The position numbers and the translations under genes were made by a program. The notes beneath the pieces were generated by a model. That model made no database searches, had not been told where the DNA came from, and saw only the letters and a list, made by a program, of their open reading frames with translations. Below are positions 23,258-34,173 of a stretch of 64,000 nucleotides of DNA, in pieces; position 1 is the first letter of the stretch, and every line of letters starts with the position of its first letter. The DNA comes from Ideonella sp. (GTDB taxonomy: Bacteria > Pseudomonadota > Gammaproteobacteria > Burkholderiales > Burkholderiaceae_C), in NCBI GenBank assembly GCA_034520165.1, contig JAXHNT010000043.1, positions 2,423-66,422 on the forward strand. The letters run 5' to 3'.

Positions 23258-24292
23258 ATGGAATTCTTCCGTATTCGGCGCGACATCCCCTTCATGCGGC
23301 ACGCGCTGGTGTTCAACCTCATCTCTGCGCTTACCTTTGTGGCTGCCGTGTTCTTTTTGAGCACGCGGGGTCTGCACTTCTCCATTGAGTTCACAGGAGG
23401 TGCGGTATTGGGTGTGGAGTACGCTGCACCAGCCGACTTGAACAAGACTCGATCTACCGTCGAAAGCATGGGGTTTGGCGAGGTACAGGTCCAGGGTTTC
23501 GGGTCCGCGCGGTCGGTCCTTATCCGCCTGCCACTGCGCGGAGACATGAAGCAGGCGGAACTCACCGAGAAGGTGTTTGCCAAGCTCTGTGCGGCGGAGT
23601 CGGGAACGGTGCAGCGCAAGACGGAGACAAGTCCTAAAGGCGAGCAACTGACTCGTCAGGCTTGCTTGGCTGGAGAGGCTGAGCCGGTCCAGCTGACCAG
23701 CACAGAAGTTGTGGGGCCGTCGGTTGGGGAAGAACTGGCGATTGATGGCGCACTGGCCTTGCTGTTCGTGATCGTCGGGATCATGATTTATCTGGCCATT
23801 CGCTTTGAATGGAAGTTTGCGGTGGCCGCCATCATCGCCAACCTGCATGACGTGATCATCATTCTGGGCTTCTTTGCGTTCTTCCAATGGGAGTTCTCCC
23901 TGTCCGTGCTCGCGGCAGTGCTGGCCATCCTGGGCTACTCCGTCAATGAATCTGTGGTCATCTTCGATCGGATTCGAGAAGCCTTCCGCAAGTACCGCAA
24001 ATTGAACACGCCACAGGTCATCGATCACGCCATCACCTCGACAATGAGTCGTACAGTGATCACACACGGCTCAACCCAGATCATGGTTTTGTCGATGTTG
24101 CTGTTTGGCGGTCCAACGCTGCACTATTTCGCAGTTGCGCTGACCATCGGGATTTTGTTTGGCATTTATTCCTCAGTGTTCGTGGCGGCTTCGATTGCCA
24201 TGTGGCTCGGGGTCAAGCGCGAAGATTTGATCAAGGCGGCACCACCCAAAGAGGGCGATGCCGGCGACCCCAATTCCGGCGCAGTGGTGTAG
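23258..24292 (+). CDS. secF: Protein translocase subunit SecF
   Basis: IEFTGG, VGPSVGEEL, GYSVNESVVIFDRIRE, GIYSS. Confidence 0.98.
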   Translation: MEFFRIRRDIPFMRHALVFNLISALTFVAAVFFLSTRGLHFSIEFTGGAVLGVEYAAPADLNKTRSTVESMGFGEVQVQGFGSARSVLIRLPLRGDMKQAELTEKVFAKLCAAESGTVQRKTETSPKGEQLTRQACLAGEAEPVQLTSTEVVGPSVGEELAIDGALALLFVIVGIMIYLAIRFEWKFAVAAIIANLHDVIIILGFFAFFQWEFSLSVLAAVLAILGYSVNESVVIFDRIREAFRKYRKLNTPQVIDHAITSTMSRTVITHGSTQIMVLSMLLFGGPTLHYFAVALTIGILFGIYSSVFVAASIAMWLGVKREDLIKAAPPKEGDAGDPNSGAVV

Positions 24293-24329
24293 AGTGGGCC
24301 GCTAGCAAAGGCATTTCACTTCATAAGAC

Positions 24330-26771
24330 ATGGCAGGGCACGCTTCACCGGGCGGGATCATCGACCAGGCAAGGCTGTTCTTCGCGGAGCAATTCGTGAA
24401 GGACACCCAAGCCTTGCTGGATGCTGCCGTGGAAAGTGCCCGCAAGCTGGTAGAGCTGACCGCCGAGAGATCGGTCGCCCAAGCCAGACGCGACATGTTT
24501 CAGGACATCCAGCGCCATGCGGGTGTATGGCCAGCTCAGTTGGGCGAGGATTTGCGGGAGCGGGTCAGCGCTGGCGACTCCTTGAGCTCCACAGCGACGG
24601 CCTTGGTGTCCTCTCTTGCGGTCAAGGTCGATCTGTCCTTGGTTGATGATGAAACGGTCGACCGCGACATCATCATGTCGCGGCTGTCCCAGGCCCTTCA
24701 GGACATAACGACCTGGGAGTGCAGCGACCTGCGCTCGCGCTTGGTCAAGATCAGTCCACGCGACGATCTTGACGACACCGATGTTTTCAAAGCGCAGAAC
24801 ATCGCTCGCCTTTTGGTGAAGTCTTGGATGGCGGTGGGTTTAAGCCTCAAGACATGGCAGGCCCTTGAGCAAGACATGCACAAGGCCTGCGGGCAGTTGC
24901 TGCTGGAGGCCTATCACGAGACCAACGCATGGTTGGTTGAGCGCGGCGTCCTACCTGAGGTCGATCTCAGACCGTTCATTCGCCGAGCTGAGGGGCACTC
25001 CAGCGGGCGTGCGCACCTCGAAGGTATGGCTGATTCGCCCGGTGTCGGGATGTCCACCAGTGTCGGGCCCTATGGCACCAACGCTGGCTCACCTTATGCC
25101 ACCGGCACTCATGGCGGCGTGGCATCGCCCTATGCCACCGGAACCTTCGACCCCGCTCAGTCGGGGCTAGGGCAAGGCTCGGGGGGCAGCGCGGGTGCGT
25201 ATGGCGGCGCCGCGACTCGTGGTGCGGTGGCGGCTGGCCGCCTGCCCAATTTGGACGAAGAAACCCGGATGCTGACCCGGCCGGCCCCTGCGCACTGGGG
25301 CGAGCCGAGCCCGGTGGGCGCTCATTTCAGCGCCATGATGGAGCGCCATCTGCCGGGCTTCAAAGACACGTCCAGTCCCAGAGCCCCGTCGCAGCGCTTG
25401 GCGCAAGCCATGGAGCAAGTCCAAGCTCGGGTGGCGCACCAAGTGGAGTTGCCCCCCAGCGACACCCACACCGATCCGACGCCGTCGGCCTTGCTGCGCA
25501 ATATTCGCGAGCGGCATGCCGACCTCAAGCAAGCCGCTTCGTCCCCGGCAGAGCGCGCCACCATTGAATTGGTGGCCCTGCTCTTCCAGGCCATTCTGAC
25601 GGAAGACCGCCTACCAGCATCCTTGAGGGTCTGGTTTTCGCGCCTTCAGATGCCGACCTTGAGGGTGGCCATTGCTGAACCAGATTTTTTTTCCAGCGAG
25701 GAACATCCCGCACGGCGACTCATTGACCGCATGGGCGCTTGCGTGATGGGGTTTGAAGGGGATGCCGATGTGATCGGCTCACCTCTGGAAACCGAAATTC
25801 GGCGCGTGGTGCAGGTGGTCGAAGCCTTTCCTGATACTGGGCGCCGAGTCTTTCAGACGGTGCTCAACGAGTTCGAGAAGTTTCTGGAAGCCTATTTCCG
25901 CGAGCACAACGACACGACCCGCTTTGCGGTGTCCTTGGCCGAGCAGGTCGAGCAGCGCGAAACCCTGGCCATCCAGTACACCATTGAGTTACGCAAGATG
26001 CTCAGCGATGTGCCCGTTCAGGATGGTGTTCGAGATTTCCTCTTCCACATTTGGGCTGATGTGTTGGCGACCTCGGCGGTCCGACATGGTGCGCAGAGCG
26101 AAGAGGTGCGGCGCGTTCGCAGCGCAGCCACCGAGTTGCTCTGGACAGCGGGCGCCAAAACCACCCGCGAAGAGCGCGCCGAAGTCATTCGACGCTTGCC
26201 TCCGCTGCTGACCACCTTGCGCCAGGGCATGACGTCTGCCGGTCTCTCCAGCCAGCGCCAAGACGAATCCCTGAAAAGCCTCAACTTGGCTCTGGCCGCC
26301 GCCTTTGGCGCTCGGGCGGTGAGTATCAGTGACGAACAGCTCGATGCGTTGAAGCGTCGCCTGGAGACCATTGAAGAGCTGCTGCCTGACGACGACTTCG
26401 AGTTGGATGAGTCGTGGGTCCTTGATGAAGCCAGCCACGAGCAAGAGGGCTTGGAGGTTGTGAGCGATGGGGGTTCCATGCCCGGCCCGCAAATGCTGGA
26501 GATGGCCGAGCGCCTCCAGCCAGGTGAATCCTTCTTGTTGGACTACCGTGGCCGCCAAGAGCGTGTGCGCTTGGTCTGGCAAGGCATGAGCAAGCAGTTG
26601 ACGCTGTTCAACGGTGCCAATGGCCGCTGTGTCTTGTTCCAGAAGGCTCGCTTGGCGGCGTTCCTGCAGGCCGGCTTGTTGATCCCGGCGAACGAGGAGT
26701 CCCTCACCACGGCGGCGACGCGCAGCGCCATCAACAAGATCAATGCAGATCCAGCGCGTTTGCTGGGGTAA
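24330..26771 (+). CDS. DUF1631-family protein
   Basis: 813 aa; IELVALLFQAIL...RLQMPTLRVAI..PDFF...HPARRLIDR, recognised as typical of this family. Confidence 0.8.
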   Translation: MAGHASPGGIIDQARLFFAEQFVKDTQALLDAAVESARKLVELTAERSVAQARRDMFQDIQRHAGVWPAQLGEDLRERVSAGDSLSSTATALVSSLAVKVDLSLVDDETVDRDIIMSRLSQALQDITTWECSDLRSRLVKISPRDDLDDTDVFKAQNIARLLVKSWMAVGLSLKTWQALEQDMHKACGQLLLEAYHETNAWLVERGVLPEVDLRPFIRRAEGHSSGRAHLEGMADSPGVGMSTSVGPYGTNAGSPYATGTHGGVASPYATGTFDPAQSGLGQGSGGSAGAYGGAATRGAVAAGRLPNLDEETRMLTRPAPAHWGEPSPVGAHFSAMMERHLPGFKDTSSPRAPSQRLAQAMEQVQARVAHQVELPPSDTHTDPTPSALLRNIRERHADLKQAASSPAERATIELVALLFQAILTEDRLPASLRVWFSRLQMPTLRVAIAEPDFFSSEEHPARRLIDRMGACVMGFEGDADVIGSPLETEIRRVVQVVEAFPDTGRRVFQTVLNEFEKFLEAYFREHNDTTRFAVSLAEQVEQRETLAIQYTIELRKMLSDVPVQDGVRDFLFHIWADVLATSAVRHGAQSEEVRRVRSAATELLWTAGAKTTREERAEVIRRLPPLLTTLRQGMTSAGLSSQRQDESLKSLNLALAAAFGARAVSISDEQLDALKRRLETIEELLPDDDFELDESWVLDEASHEQEGLEVVSDGGSMPGPQMLEMAERLQPGESFLLDYRGRQERVRLVWQGMSKQLTLFNGANGRCVLFQKARLAAFLQAGLLIPANEESLTTAATRSAINKINADPARLLG

Positions 26772-26841
26772 TGACTTGCTCGGCTGATTGGGCAAGCCAC
26801 GCTCGTCCAGTGCTCCTACGCGCGGGCAGTCTTTACAGGCT

Positions 26842-27300
26842 TCAGTGAATCAGTCGATCCTCTGGGGCAACGAACAACTCATCCAAGATCAAGGCATCGG
26901 GCTCTTCACCCAGGCTCCAGAACACCATCAGGACAATGATTTTGAGATCGTCCAGGGTGAGTGGGCACGAACCAGCCGCCCAGGCGCGGTCAATCACAAA
27001 CTCCCGCAGTGCCGGCGTCAGCACACCCGCAGACTCCAGGAAACTGATGAAGCCGATGCACTCTGCCCCCAACTGCTCTTGTTCCTGCGGCGCATACAGC
27101 CGCAGGCTGCGCGATGACGAGTCATCCAGCAGTGCTCGCGACTGCGCGTGTCCGTGCAGCCCAGACAACCAGCTCAGTGCCTCCTGGATGTCGTCAGACT
27201 CAAACCCCACAGCGGACAGCTTGCGGCTCAGTTGATCGGGCTCGGGGCAGGCGTCAGGTCGCCAGTAGTTTTCGTACAGGTAGACCAGAACTTCAAACAT
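26842..27300 (-). CDS. smg: Smg (DUF494) protein
   Basis: MFEVLVYLYENY...LSAVGF...LKIIVLMVFW; downstream of dprA. Confidence 0.93.
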   Translation of the reverse strand: MFEVLVYLYENYWRPDACPEPDQLSRKLSAVGFESDDIQEALSWLSGLHGHAQSRALLDDSSSRSLRLYAPQEQEQLGAECIGFISFLESAGVLTPALREFVIDRAWAAGSCPLTLDDLKIIVLMVFWSLGEEPDALILDELFVAPEDRLIH

Positions 27301-27350
27301 GATGCAGACCACTATACCCGAGCCCACCCGCTCTTGCTGCGGCAATACGC

Positions 27351-28478
27351 TCAGGCTTGGCCGCAACGTTGAAAGTGGCCACCTGGCAGGCGCGCCACCT
27401 CGCCTGACAACTCCAACTCCAAGAGCCGGGCTGAGAGGTCGGAAGCGGGCCAGCCGGTGCGTGCGACCAACCCATCCAAAGACATCGGATCATGACCCAA
27501 AGCGCTGAGCACCGGGTCTTTGCTGCGAGCGGTGGCGTTCGCCGCAGCCCTCGCAGGCCTTGCCGCCTGCGCCATCGCAGGGCCTAGCAGCGCGGTTTGG
27601 GCCTGCAGCTCTTGCAAGATGTCTTCACCGGTCTCCACCAGCTTGGCCCCCTGCTGGATCAAGCGATGGCAGCCCTTGGCCACCGGCGAATGGATGGAGC
27701 CAGGAATGGCGAACACCTCCCGCCCGCACTCGGCGGCCATGCGCGCAGTGATCAGTGAGCCCGATTGAACCGCAGCCTCCACCACCAGGGTCCCCAGCGA
27801 CAGGCCAGCAATGATGCGATTGCGCTGCGGGAAATTGATGGGCAAGGGCGGTGTGCCGGGCGCAAACTCGGTCAGCAACAAGCCTTCCTGGGCAATACGC
27901 TCGCCGAGCCTTTGATGCCTGCGTGGGTACAGCTGCTCCGGCCCGGTACCCATGACGGCGATGGTGCTGCCGCGCCCGCTCAAACCGCCCTCGTGAGCGG
28001 CCCCGTCAATGCCCGCAGCCAAGCCCGAGACAATGCAAAGGCCAGCATCGCTGAGGTGTGTGGCAAAGGCCCGGGCGTTCTCAAGGCCCTGGGCGGTGGC
28101 ATGGCGACTGCCCACTATGGCCAAGGAGGGTTGCTGTAGCAGGGCAATGTTGCCTCTGCAAAACAACAAAAAAGGCGGGTCTGCCGTTTGCAGCAGCGCC
28201 GACGGGTAAGCGGCCTCGCCGAGCGCGATGACCTGTGCATCAGCGGTTTGGGCCTGCCACTGCAGACCCAGCGACACCATTTGCTGGGCCACGTCGCTGG
28301 GTTGCGCCAAAGCTTTTGCGGCCTCTGCGCCGCCTACCTCACGCCAAGCGCCTGGGCCAGCGTCTAAAGCAGCCTGGGGCGATCCGAAGGCGGCCAAAAG
28401 GCGCCGCACCGCAGCGGCACCCAGGCCTGCCCTGGGGCTCAGACACAACCAGGCTTCTAGCTCCCTGCCGTCGGCCAT
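27351..28478 (-). CDS. dprA: DNA-processing protein DprA
   Basis: AIVGSR, VSGLAAGIDGAAH, FPQRNRII, SGSLITA, GCHRLIQQGAKL. Confidence 0.97.
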   Translation of the reverse strand: MADGRELEAWLCLSPRAGLGAAAVRRLLAAFGSPQAALDAGPGAWREVGGAEAAKALAQPSDVAQQMVSLGLQWQAQTADAQVIALGEAAYPSALLQTADPPFLLFCRGNIALLQQPSLAIVGSRHATAQGLENARAFATHLSDAGLCIVSGLAAGIDGAAHEGGLSGRGSTIAVMGTGPEQLYPRRHQRLGERIAQEGLLLTEFAPGTPPLPINFPQRNRIIAGLSLGTLVVEAAVQSGSLITARMAAECGREVFAIPGSIHSPVAKGCHRLIQQGAKLVETGEDILQELQAQTALLGPAMAQAARPARAAANATARSKDPVLSALGHDPMSLDGLVARTGWPASDLSARLLELELSGEVARLPGGHFQRCGQA

Positions 28479-28493
28479 GCTGTGACAGGGTAC

Positions 28494-29690
28494 TCAGGGC
28501 TGGCTGAAGCGATCACCAGCTTGCACTGGCTGCTCGGCTTGCAGTATCAAAGCGTAAGAGACGCGCTCAAACACTCGGAAGACAAACAGGGTGCCGTGAC
28601 GCTCATCCGGCAAGGCCAAGGTGGCTCTGTCAAGGTGGGTGGTGTCCCGCTTGATGCCCCCTTTGGTCCACAAGGCCAGTACATGCCCGCGCTGCATGCC
28701 ATCTTGTGCGCCGCGATTAATGGCCACGATGTGGTTCTGACCAGCGACTTGGCCATCGCCATAAATCGATACCACACGCCCTTCGACCGGGCTTTCTGGG
28801 CTGTGCGGCGCGAAGGCGTCGGTGTCGCGCGCAGGCAAGGGCGCCAAGCGCACGCCCACGTCGGCTTCCTCGCGCAGGCTGGTGACGCGAATGCTGTGTG
28901 GCACGACCAAGTCTTTGCCCCCAGCGCCTAGGCCTGCGCCGGCGTTGGCTTCGCCACGTCGAATGACCTCTGCAACACCCACATGCCGAGCTTCAAAACC
29001 CAAGATCCGTCCGCTTTGCGGGTCGCGTAAGGGCTTGGGTGCGCGGAACATCTGCCAGTTGCGCGCTGCGTCGACATCCCCTCTGACATAGGCGACCTCG
29101 CCCTTGGAGACCAGCATACGACCGGCCTGAGTAGCCACCACACGCGGCGCAGACTCCAACTCATTGCTGTCAAAGATGACTGCTTCAGTGAGAAAGGGGC
29201 CAATCAAATGCATGGGAACCGAGGCGATGGCTCCCAAAGTGAGAGGCTCAGCACGGATGCTGGGGCTCAGCTTGGTGATGCCGGCTTCAGCCCCTGTGCC
29301 ACTGTTAGAGCCCACTTGGCGGCCCATGCGCAGCACGGCTTTGCCGTCAGCTGTGCGCTCCAAGACCAAAATCTGGCCGGGATAAATGAGGTGAGGATTG
29401 CGAACAGCCGTCTTGTTCATCCCCCATAACTCAGGCCAGCGCCAGGGCGACTTCAAGAAGAGCTTGGAGATGTCCCACAGCGTGTCGCCGCGCTTGACCG
29501 TATAGCTGTCAGGGGCATCGGCAGCCAATTCAGACAAGGGGATGCCGGCCTGGGCGACCTTGTCGGCTGTGGCTTGTTGTTGGGTCGTTACGCCTTGCGC
29601 CAGGGCCGCAGAGTGGGCTCCGAACAGGCTTAACACGGCGCTGAAAGCCAGCGAAACGGTAAAGAGTGGGCGAAGATGGAATCGGCTCAT
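28494..29690 (-). CDS. Secreted LysM peptidoglycan-binding protein (TsaP-like)
   Basis: Signal peptide; YTVKRGDTLWDIS..FLKSPWRWPELW..NPHLIYPGQ; conserved def-LysM-dprA context. Confidence 0.88.
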   Translation of the reverse strand: MSRFHLRPLFTVSLAFSAVLSLFGAHSAALAQGVTTQQQATADKVAQAGIPLSELAADAPDSYTVKRGDTLWDISKLFLKSPWRWPELWGMNKTAVRNPHLIYPGQILVLERTADGKAVLRMGRQVGSNSGTGAEAGITKLSPSIRAEPLTLGAIASVPMHLIGPFLTEAVIFDSNELESAPRVVATQAGRMLVSKGEVAYVRGDVDAARNWQMFRAPKPLRDPQSGRILGFEARHVGVAEVIRRGEANAGAGLGAGGKDLVVPHSIRVTSLREEADVGVRLAPLPARDTDAFAPHSPESPVEGRVVSIYGDGQVAGQNHIVAINRGAQDGMQRGHVLALWTKGGIKRDTTHLDRATLALPDERHGTLFVFRVFERVSYALILQAEQPVQAGDRFSQP

Positions 29691-29962
29691 GGTGTGTCGC
29701 TCCCGGGCAATGAGCCGGAAATTCTGGGCAGTGCAACAATTCCGGGTGTGGACCCCGGTGCGATTCTTGACGGGGTGTGCACATAACCACCCGCTGAAAT
29801 GCTGAGAAAGCTCCGCAAATTCTGCCCCTAAAGCCTTGATGCCGCAATGAAACAAGGGTCGCCAATGAGAAACCATTCGCGTCTTTGACCGGGTTAACAC
29901 CCGCTCGTTGTGTCGCCTCAACATCCTGCCCAGGCCTTGCCAGGCCGCAACCGTGCTGATTC

Positions 29963-30475
29963 ATGGCTCTTCTTAACATTCTCCGCTATCCCGATCCCCG
30001 CCTGCACAAGGTGGCCGCACCCATTGCCCAGGTCGATGACCGAATTCGCACATTGGCCGCTGACATGCTTGAAACCATGTACGAGGCCGAGGGGGTGGGC
30101 CTGGCCGCGACCCAAGTCGATGTGCATGAGCGACTCATTGTGATGGACACCTCCGAGAACCATGACCAACCCTTGGTCTTGATCAACCCTGAGTTGATCG
30201 CCGTCAGCGACGAGATGATGCTGGGCGACGAAGGCTGCCTTTCGGTGCCCACCGTTTACGACAAAGTTGAGCGGCACGCCCGGGTGACGGTCAAGGCGCT
30301 TGATCGCAACGGCAAGCTATTCCAGTTTGACGCCGAAGGCCTGGCCTCGGTCTGCGTGCAGCATGAGATGGACCATCTACGCGGCAAGGTGTTTGTCGAA
30401 TACCTCAGCCTGCTCAAGCGAGAGCGCATCAAGGTCAAGATGATCAAGCGCACGCGCGACGAGCAAAAGCCATGA
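29963..30475 (+). CDS. def: Peptide deformylase
   Basis: [19 protein letters not shown]. Confidence 0.98.
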   Translation: MALLNILRYPDPRLHKVAAPIAQVDDRIRTLAADMLETMYEAEGVGLAATQVDVHERLIVMDTSENHDQPLVLINPELIAVSDEMMLGDEGCLSVPTVYDKVERHARVTVKALDRNGKLFQFDAEGLASVCVQHEMDHLRGKVFVEYLSLLKRERIKVKMIKRTRDEQKP

Positions 30476-31470
30476 GTGCGGCGACCAGCCCCGCGGATTT
30501 GAGGGTCGCTTTTGCTGGCACACCCGAGTTTGCGGCGGTGGCCTTGCGGGCGATTCACGCTGCGGGCTTTCAGGTGCCGCTGATACTGACCCAGCCCGAC
30601 CGGCCCGCCGGGCGCGGCATGAAGCTCCAGGGTTCGCCTGTCAAACAGACAGCGCTCGAATGGTGCGTGCCGGTGGCGCAGCCCCGCAGCTTGCGGTTGG
30701 ATGGCAAATACCCAGAGGATGCCGAGTCTGCGCAACAAGCCTTGCTCAAGGCCGCACCCGACGTGCTGGTGGTGGCCGCCTATGGCTTGATCTTGCCGAC
30801 CTGGGTGCTGGACTTGCCGCGCTGCGGTTGCCTGAACATCCACGCCTCGCTGCTGCCGCGCTGGCGCGGTGCGGCGCCCATTCACCGCGCGATCGAGGCG
30901 GGTGACGCCCAAACCGGCATCACCTTGATGCAGATGGACGAGGGTTTGGACACCGGCGCCATGCTGTCCATGGAGCGCCTGGACATTCAGCCCCAGCACA
31001 CCACCGCCAGTTTGCATGACGAGTTGGCGGCCATGGGTGGCCGCATGGTGGTGGCTGCAATGCAGCAGTTGCAGGCCACGCCCCTGGCGGCCACGCCGCA
31101 GCCCAATGAAGGCATCACCTATGCCCACAAGATCGAGAAAGCCGAAGCGATGCTCGATTGGTCACTCTCGGCCGAGGTGATTGCCCGTCGCATCCGGGCT
31201 TTTGACCCCTTCCCGGGCGTGAGTTTCGACTGCGCTGGGGAGCCCGTCAAAGTTTGGCAGGCGGTGGTGCTGCCGGGCTTGCACGGCCAGCCCGGCCAGG
31301 TGCTGGAGGCCAGTGGCGACCGCTTCATTGTGGCCTGCGGCCAAGGCGCTTTGGCCGTGCAGCAGGTGCAGCGCCCAGGCGGGCGGCGTGTGCCGGTCGC
31401 GGCGTTTTTGCAGGGGCGGCCTGGTTTGATGGGCCAATCGCTGCGCTCGGCGCCTGACGCCGCGGATTGA
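30472..31470 (+). CDS. fmt: Methionyl-tRNA formyltransferase
   Basis: [32 protein letters not shown]. Confidence 0.98.
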   Translation: MSAATSPADLRVAFAGTPEFAAVALRAIHAAGFQVPLILTQPDRPAGRGMKLQGSPVKQTALEWCVPVAQPRSLRLDGKYPEDAESAQQALLKAAPDVLVVAAYGLILPTWVLDLPRCGCLNIHASLLPRWRGAAPIHRAIEAGDAQTGITLMQMDEGLDTGAMLSMERLDIQPQHTTASLHDELAAMGGRMVVAAMQQLQATPLAATPQPNEGITYAHKIEKAEAMLDWSLSAEVIARRIRAFDPFPGVSFDCAGEPVKVWQAVVLPGLHGQPGQVLEASGDRFIVACGQGALAVQQVQRPGGRRVPVAAFLQGRPGLMGQSLRSAPDAAD

Positions 31471-31544
31471 ACTTTGCGGGTTCGCCCGCATCTCACGGTG
31501 CAGTGAGATGCTCCATGCTCACCTACCTCGAAGGAGTTCTCGGC

Positions 31545-32399
31545 ATGTTCAATCTGATGAAGACCGCCATCCTGATGGCGGCCATCACCGCCCTGTTCAT
31601 GGTCATTGGCCAGTTTCTGGGGGGCCAGACGGGCATGATGATCGCGCTGCTGGTGGCCGTGGGCATGAACTTCTACAGCTACTGGTTCTCCGACAAGATG
31701 GTGCTGCGCATGTACAGCGCGCAGGAGGTCGATGCACAGAGCGCGCCGGAGTTCTATCGCATGGTGCAAGAGCTGGCCGAGCGGGCGCAAATGCCCATGC
31801 CGCGCGTCTACCTGATCAACGAACAAGCCCCCAACGCCTTTGCCACCGGCCGCAACCCTGAAAACGCCGCAGTGGCGGCCACCACCGGCATCTTGCGGGT
31901 GCTGAACGAGCGCGAGCTGCGCGGCGTGATGGCCCACGAGCTGGCCCACGTGAAGAATCGCGACATCCTGATCTCCACCATCAGTGCCACCATGGCTGGG
32001 GCCATCTCCATGCTGGCCAACTTCGGCATGATGTTGGGCGGCCGCAACAGCGAAGGCCGCCCCGGCAACCCCATCGTCTCGATCTTGGTGATGTTCCTGG
32101 CCCCTTTGGCCGCCAGCGTCATACAAATGGCCATCAGCCGCTCGCGGGAGTTTGAAGCTGACCGGGGAGGCGCCGAAATCTCCGGCGACCCGGCCGCATT
32201 GGCCTCGGCCTTACAAAAAATCCAGCGTGTGGCCCAGGGTGTGCCCCTGGAGGCCACCGAGCGCCACCCCGAAACCGCACAAATGATGATCATGAACCCG
32301 CTGTCGGGTGGCGGGCTGCGGGGCTTGTTTTCCACGCATCCGGCCACCGAAGAGCGGGTCGAACGCTTGCTGGCCATGGCGCAAAGCAAGGGGCGCTGA
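31545..32399 (+). CDS. htpX: Membrane zinc metalloprotease HtpX
   Basis: [27 protein letters not shown]; AAGGAG RBS. Confidence 0.96.
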   Translation: MFNLMKTAILMAAITALFMVIGQFLGGQTGMMIALLVAVGMNFYSYWFSDKMVLRMYSAQEVDAQSAPEFYRMVQELAERAQMPMPRVYLINEQAPNAFATGRNPENAAVAATTGILRVLNERELRGVMAHELAHVKNRDILISTISATMAGAISMLANFGMMLGGRNSEGRPGNPIVSILVMFLAPLAASVIQMAISRSREFEADRGGAEISGDPAALASALQKIQRVAQGVPLEATERHPETAQMMIMNPLSGGGLRGLFSTHPATEERVERLLAMAQSKGR

Positions 32400-32529
32400 G
32401 CGGCGGTGTGCCGTCACGAGCTGTTGCAGGGCAGGGCGCCCCCACACTCAAGCCGCACCGATCTGTGGCCGATAAGACCTTAGAGGCACCCTGACGGTGC
32501 TGCGTCCTTCGGCTCTCTTGCTCACTGCC

Positions 32530-32988
32530 ATGCGTTCACCTCTTTTGCCGCTTGCTCTGCTCGCCACCACCCTGACCTTGGGTGGCTGCGACATGCTGGG
32601 CATCGAGTCAGCCACCGTCGTCGCTGAAAAACGCAACGCCGAGGGCAAGGCCTTGGGCGCAGCCTGCCGCCATGCTGGGCGGGCCATCGAAGATTGCTAC
32701 ACGCTGAACAAAAAGTCGGACAAAGCCGCCATGTACACCGGCTGGCGAGAAATGGACGACTACATGCGCGAGAACAAGCTGGAGCCGGTCATCCCAGTGG
32801 TGCCGCGTGACCCGCCCAAGCCCAAACCCAAGCCCCCCGCTGATGGCGAAGAGGGCGACGACCACGGCGCGGCTGCCGATGGGCACACCGCTGGCGACGA
32901 CAAGGCTGCCGACAAAGCGGGCGACAAAGCGGGCGACAAGTCCGCAGACAAATCCACACCGAAGTCCGGCGGCAAAACCGCCCACTGA
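32530..32988 (+). CDS. Hypothetical lipoprotein with low-complexity tail
   Basis: Lipobox LGGC; ACRHAGRAIEDCY; Pro/Lys-rich and DKxx-repeat C-terminus. Confidence 0.75.
   Translation: MRSPLLPLALLATTLTLGGCDMLGIESATVVAEKRNAEGKALGAACRHAGRAIEDCYTLNKKSDKAAMYTGWREMDDYMRENKLEPVIPVVPRDPPKPKPKPPADGEEGDDHGAAADGHTAGDDKAADKAGDKAGDKSADKSTPKSGGKTAH
32899..32958 (+). repeat. Five degenerate 12-bp tandem units (DKAA/DKAG/DKAG/DKSA/DKST)
   Basis: GACAAGGCTGCC GACAAAGCGGGC GACAAAGCGGGC GACAAGTCCGCA GACAAATCCACA. Confidence 0.8.
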
Positions 32989-33076
32989 GGTGCTCTAACA
33001 GGGGTATTGCGAGAGGACGTCGCCCTTCCCGTCACGAGGTGTTCGAGAGCGCTGCGCGTCATAGGACAATGGCGGC

Positions 33077-33808
33077 ATGCATTCCCTGCCCTCCATCTTG
33101 GCCCTGCGCCATCATCCTGAGTTTGAGCGCGGTGCCCGCGAGATGGCGTCCGCAGCCTTGGGCATTGGCGCCTGGGGCTTGGTGACTGGCGTGGCCATGG
33201 TCAAGTCCGGCCTGGGTGTGCCGTTGGCCTTGGCCATGACCTTTCTGGTGTTTGCGGGCAGTGCCCAACTGGCCTCGCTGCCCTTGATCATTGCCGGCGC
33301 CCCGGTCTGGCTGATCTGGGCTACCGCCACCTGCGTCAACCTGCGCTTTGTGATTTTCAGCGCTGGCCTGCGCCCCTATTTCGCTCATTTGCCCCTGAGG
33401 CGTCGCCTGACGCTAGGCTATTTCACGGGCGATTTGAACTACATCTTTTTCCAGCGGCGCTTTCCGGAGCCCAAGCCTGAGGATGGTCAGGAAGCCTATT
33501 TCTGGGGCAGTGTGGCCACCAACTGGGTGGCCTGGCAAACCTTCTCAGTGGCCGGCATTTTGCTGGCCAACGTGATCCCGCCGCATTGGGGCCTGGGTTA
33601 TGCCGGGGTGCTGGCGCTGTTGGGCATCACCGCCTCGCTGCTGACTACCTCCACCACCTGGGCGGCGGCGGGAGTGGCGGCCGTGGCAGCGGTGGCGTCT
33701 TATGGTTTGCCGTTGAAGCTGCACATTGTGGTGGCCATCGTCGCGGCCATCGTCACAGGCCTGGCCCTGGAGCAATGGCAGCGCCGCCAGCGGGGAGTCA
33801 CCCCATGA
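33077..33808 (+). CDS. azlC: AzlC-family branched-chain amino acid exporter
   Basis: VFAGSAQ, VNLRF; hydrophobic protein; paired with azlD. Confidence 0.88.
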   Translation: MHSLPSILALRHHPEFERGAREMASAALGIGAWGLVTGVAMVKSGLGVPLALAMTFLVFAGSAQLASLPLIIAGAPVWLIWATATCVNLRFVIFSAGLRPYFAHLPLRRRLTLGYFTGDLNYIFFQRRFPEPKPEDGQEAYFWGSVATNWVAWQTFSVAGILLANVIPPHWGLGYAGVLALLGITASLLTTSTTWAAAGVAAVAAVASYGLPLKLHIVVAIVAAIVTGLALEQWQRRQRGVTP

Positions 33809-34137
33809 ACGAATGGATGGCGCTCTTCACCATCGTCGGCCTAGCGGTGATCACAGTGCTTTGCCGCAGCTTCTTTCTCATCCCCAAGACCGACCTGCCC
33901 ATGCCGGATTGGCTGCGCGACGCCTTGCGTTATGCGCCCCTGGCCGCCCTGGTGGCCATTGTGGTGCCTGAAACCGTGCTGACCCAAGGCCAATTGATTC
34001 AAACCTGGCAGGACCCCCGCCTCTTTGCGGCCGCCGCAGGCCTCGCCTGGTACGTGCTGCGCAAAGGCATTTTGGGCACCATCGTGTGCGGCACCACGGT
34101 GTTGCTGGTGCTGCGCCTGGGCCTGGGCTGGACCTGA
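33805..34137 (+). CDS. azlD: AzlD-family small subunit
   Basis: ATGA overlap with azlC; ALRYAPLAALVAIVVP. Confidence 0.85.
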   Translation: MNEWMALFTIVGLAVITVLCRSFFLIPKTDLPMPDWLRDALRYAPLAALVAIVVPETVLTQGQLIQTWQDPRLFAAAAGLAWYVLRKGILGTIVCGTTVLLVLRLGLGWT

Positions 34138-34173
34138 TTTTGTTTTGTTTTTGAACCTCAAGAGGACATTGCC

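Noticed and set aside
32990-33052. Foldable spacer upstream of azlC as a possible riboswitch
   Set aside because: I could not match any riboswitch consensus, and the pairing is unremarkable for this GC content.
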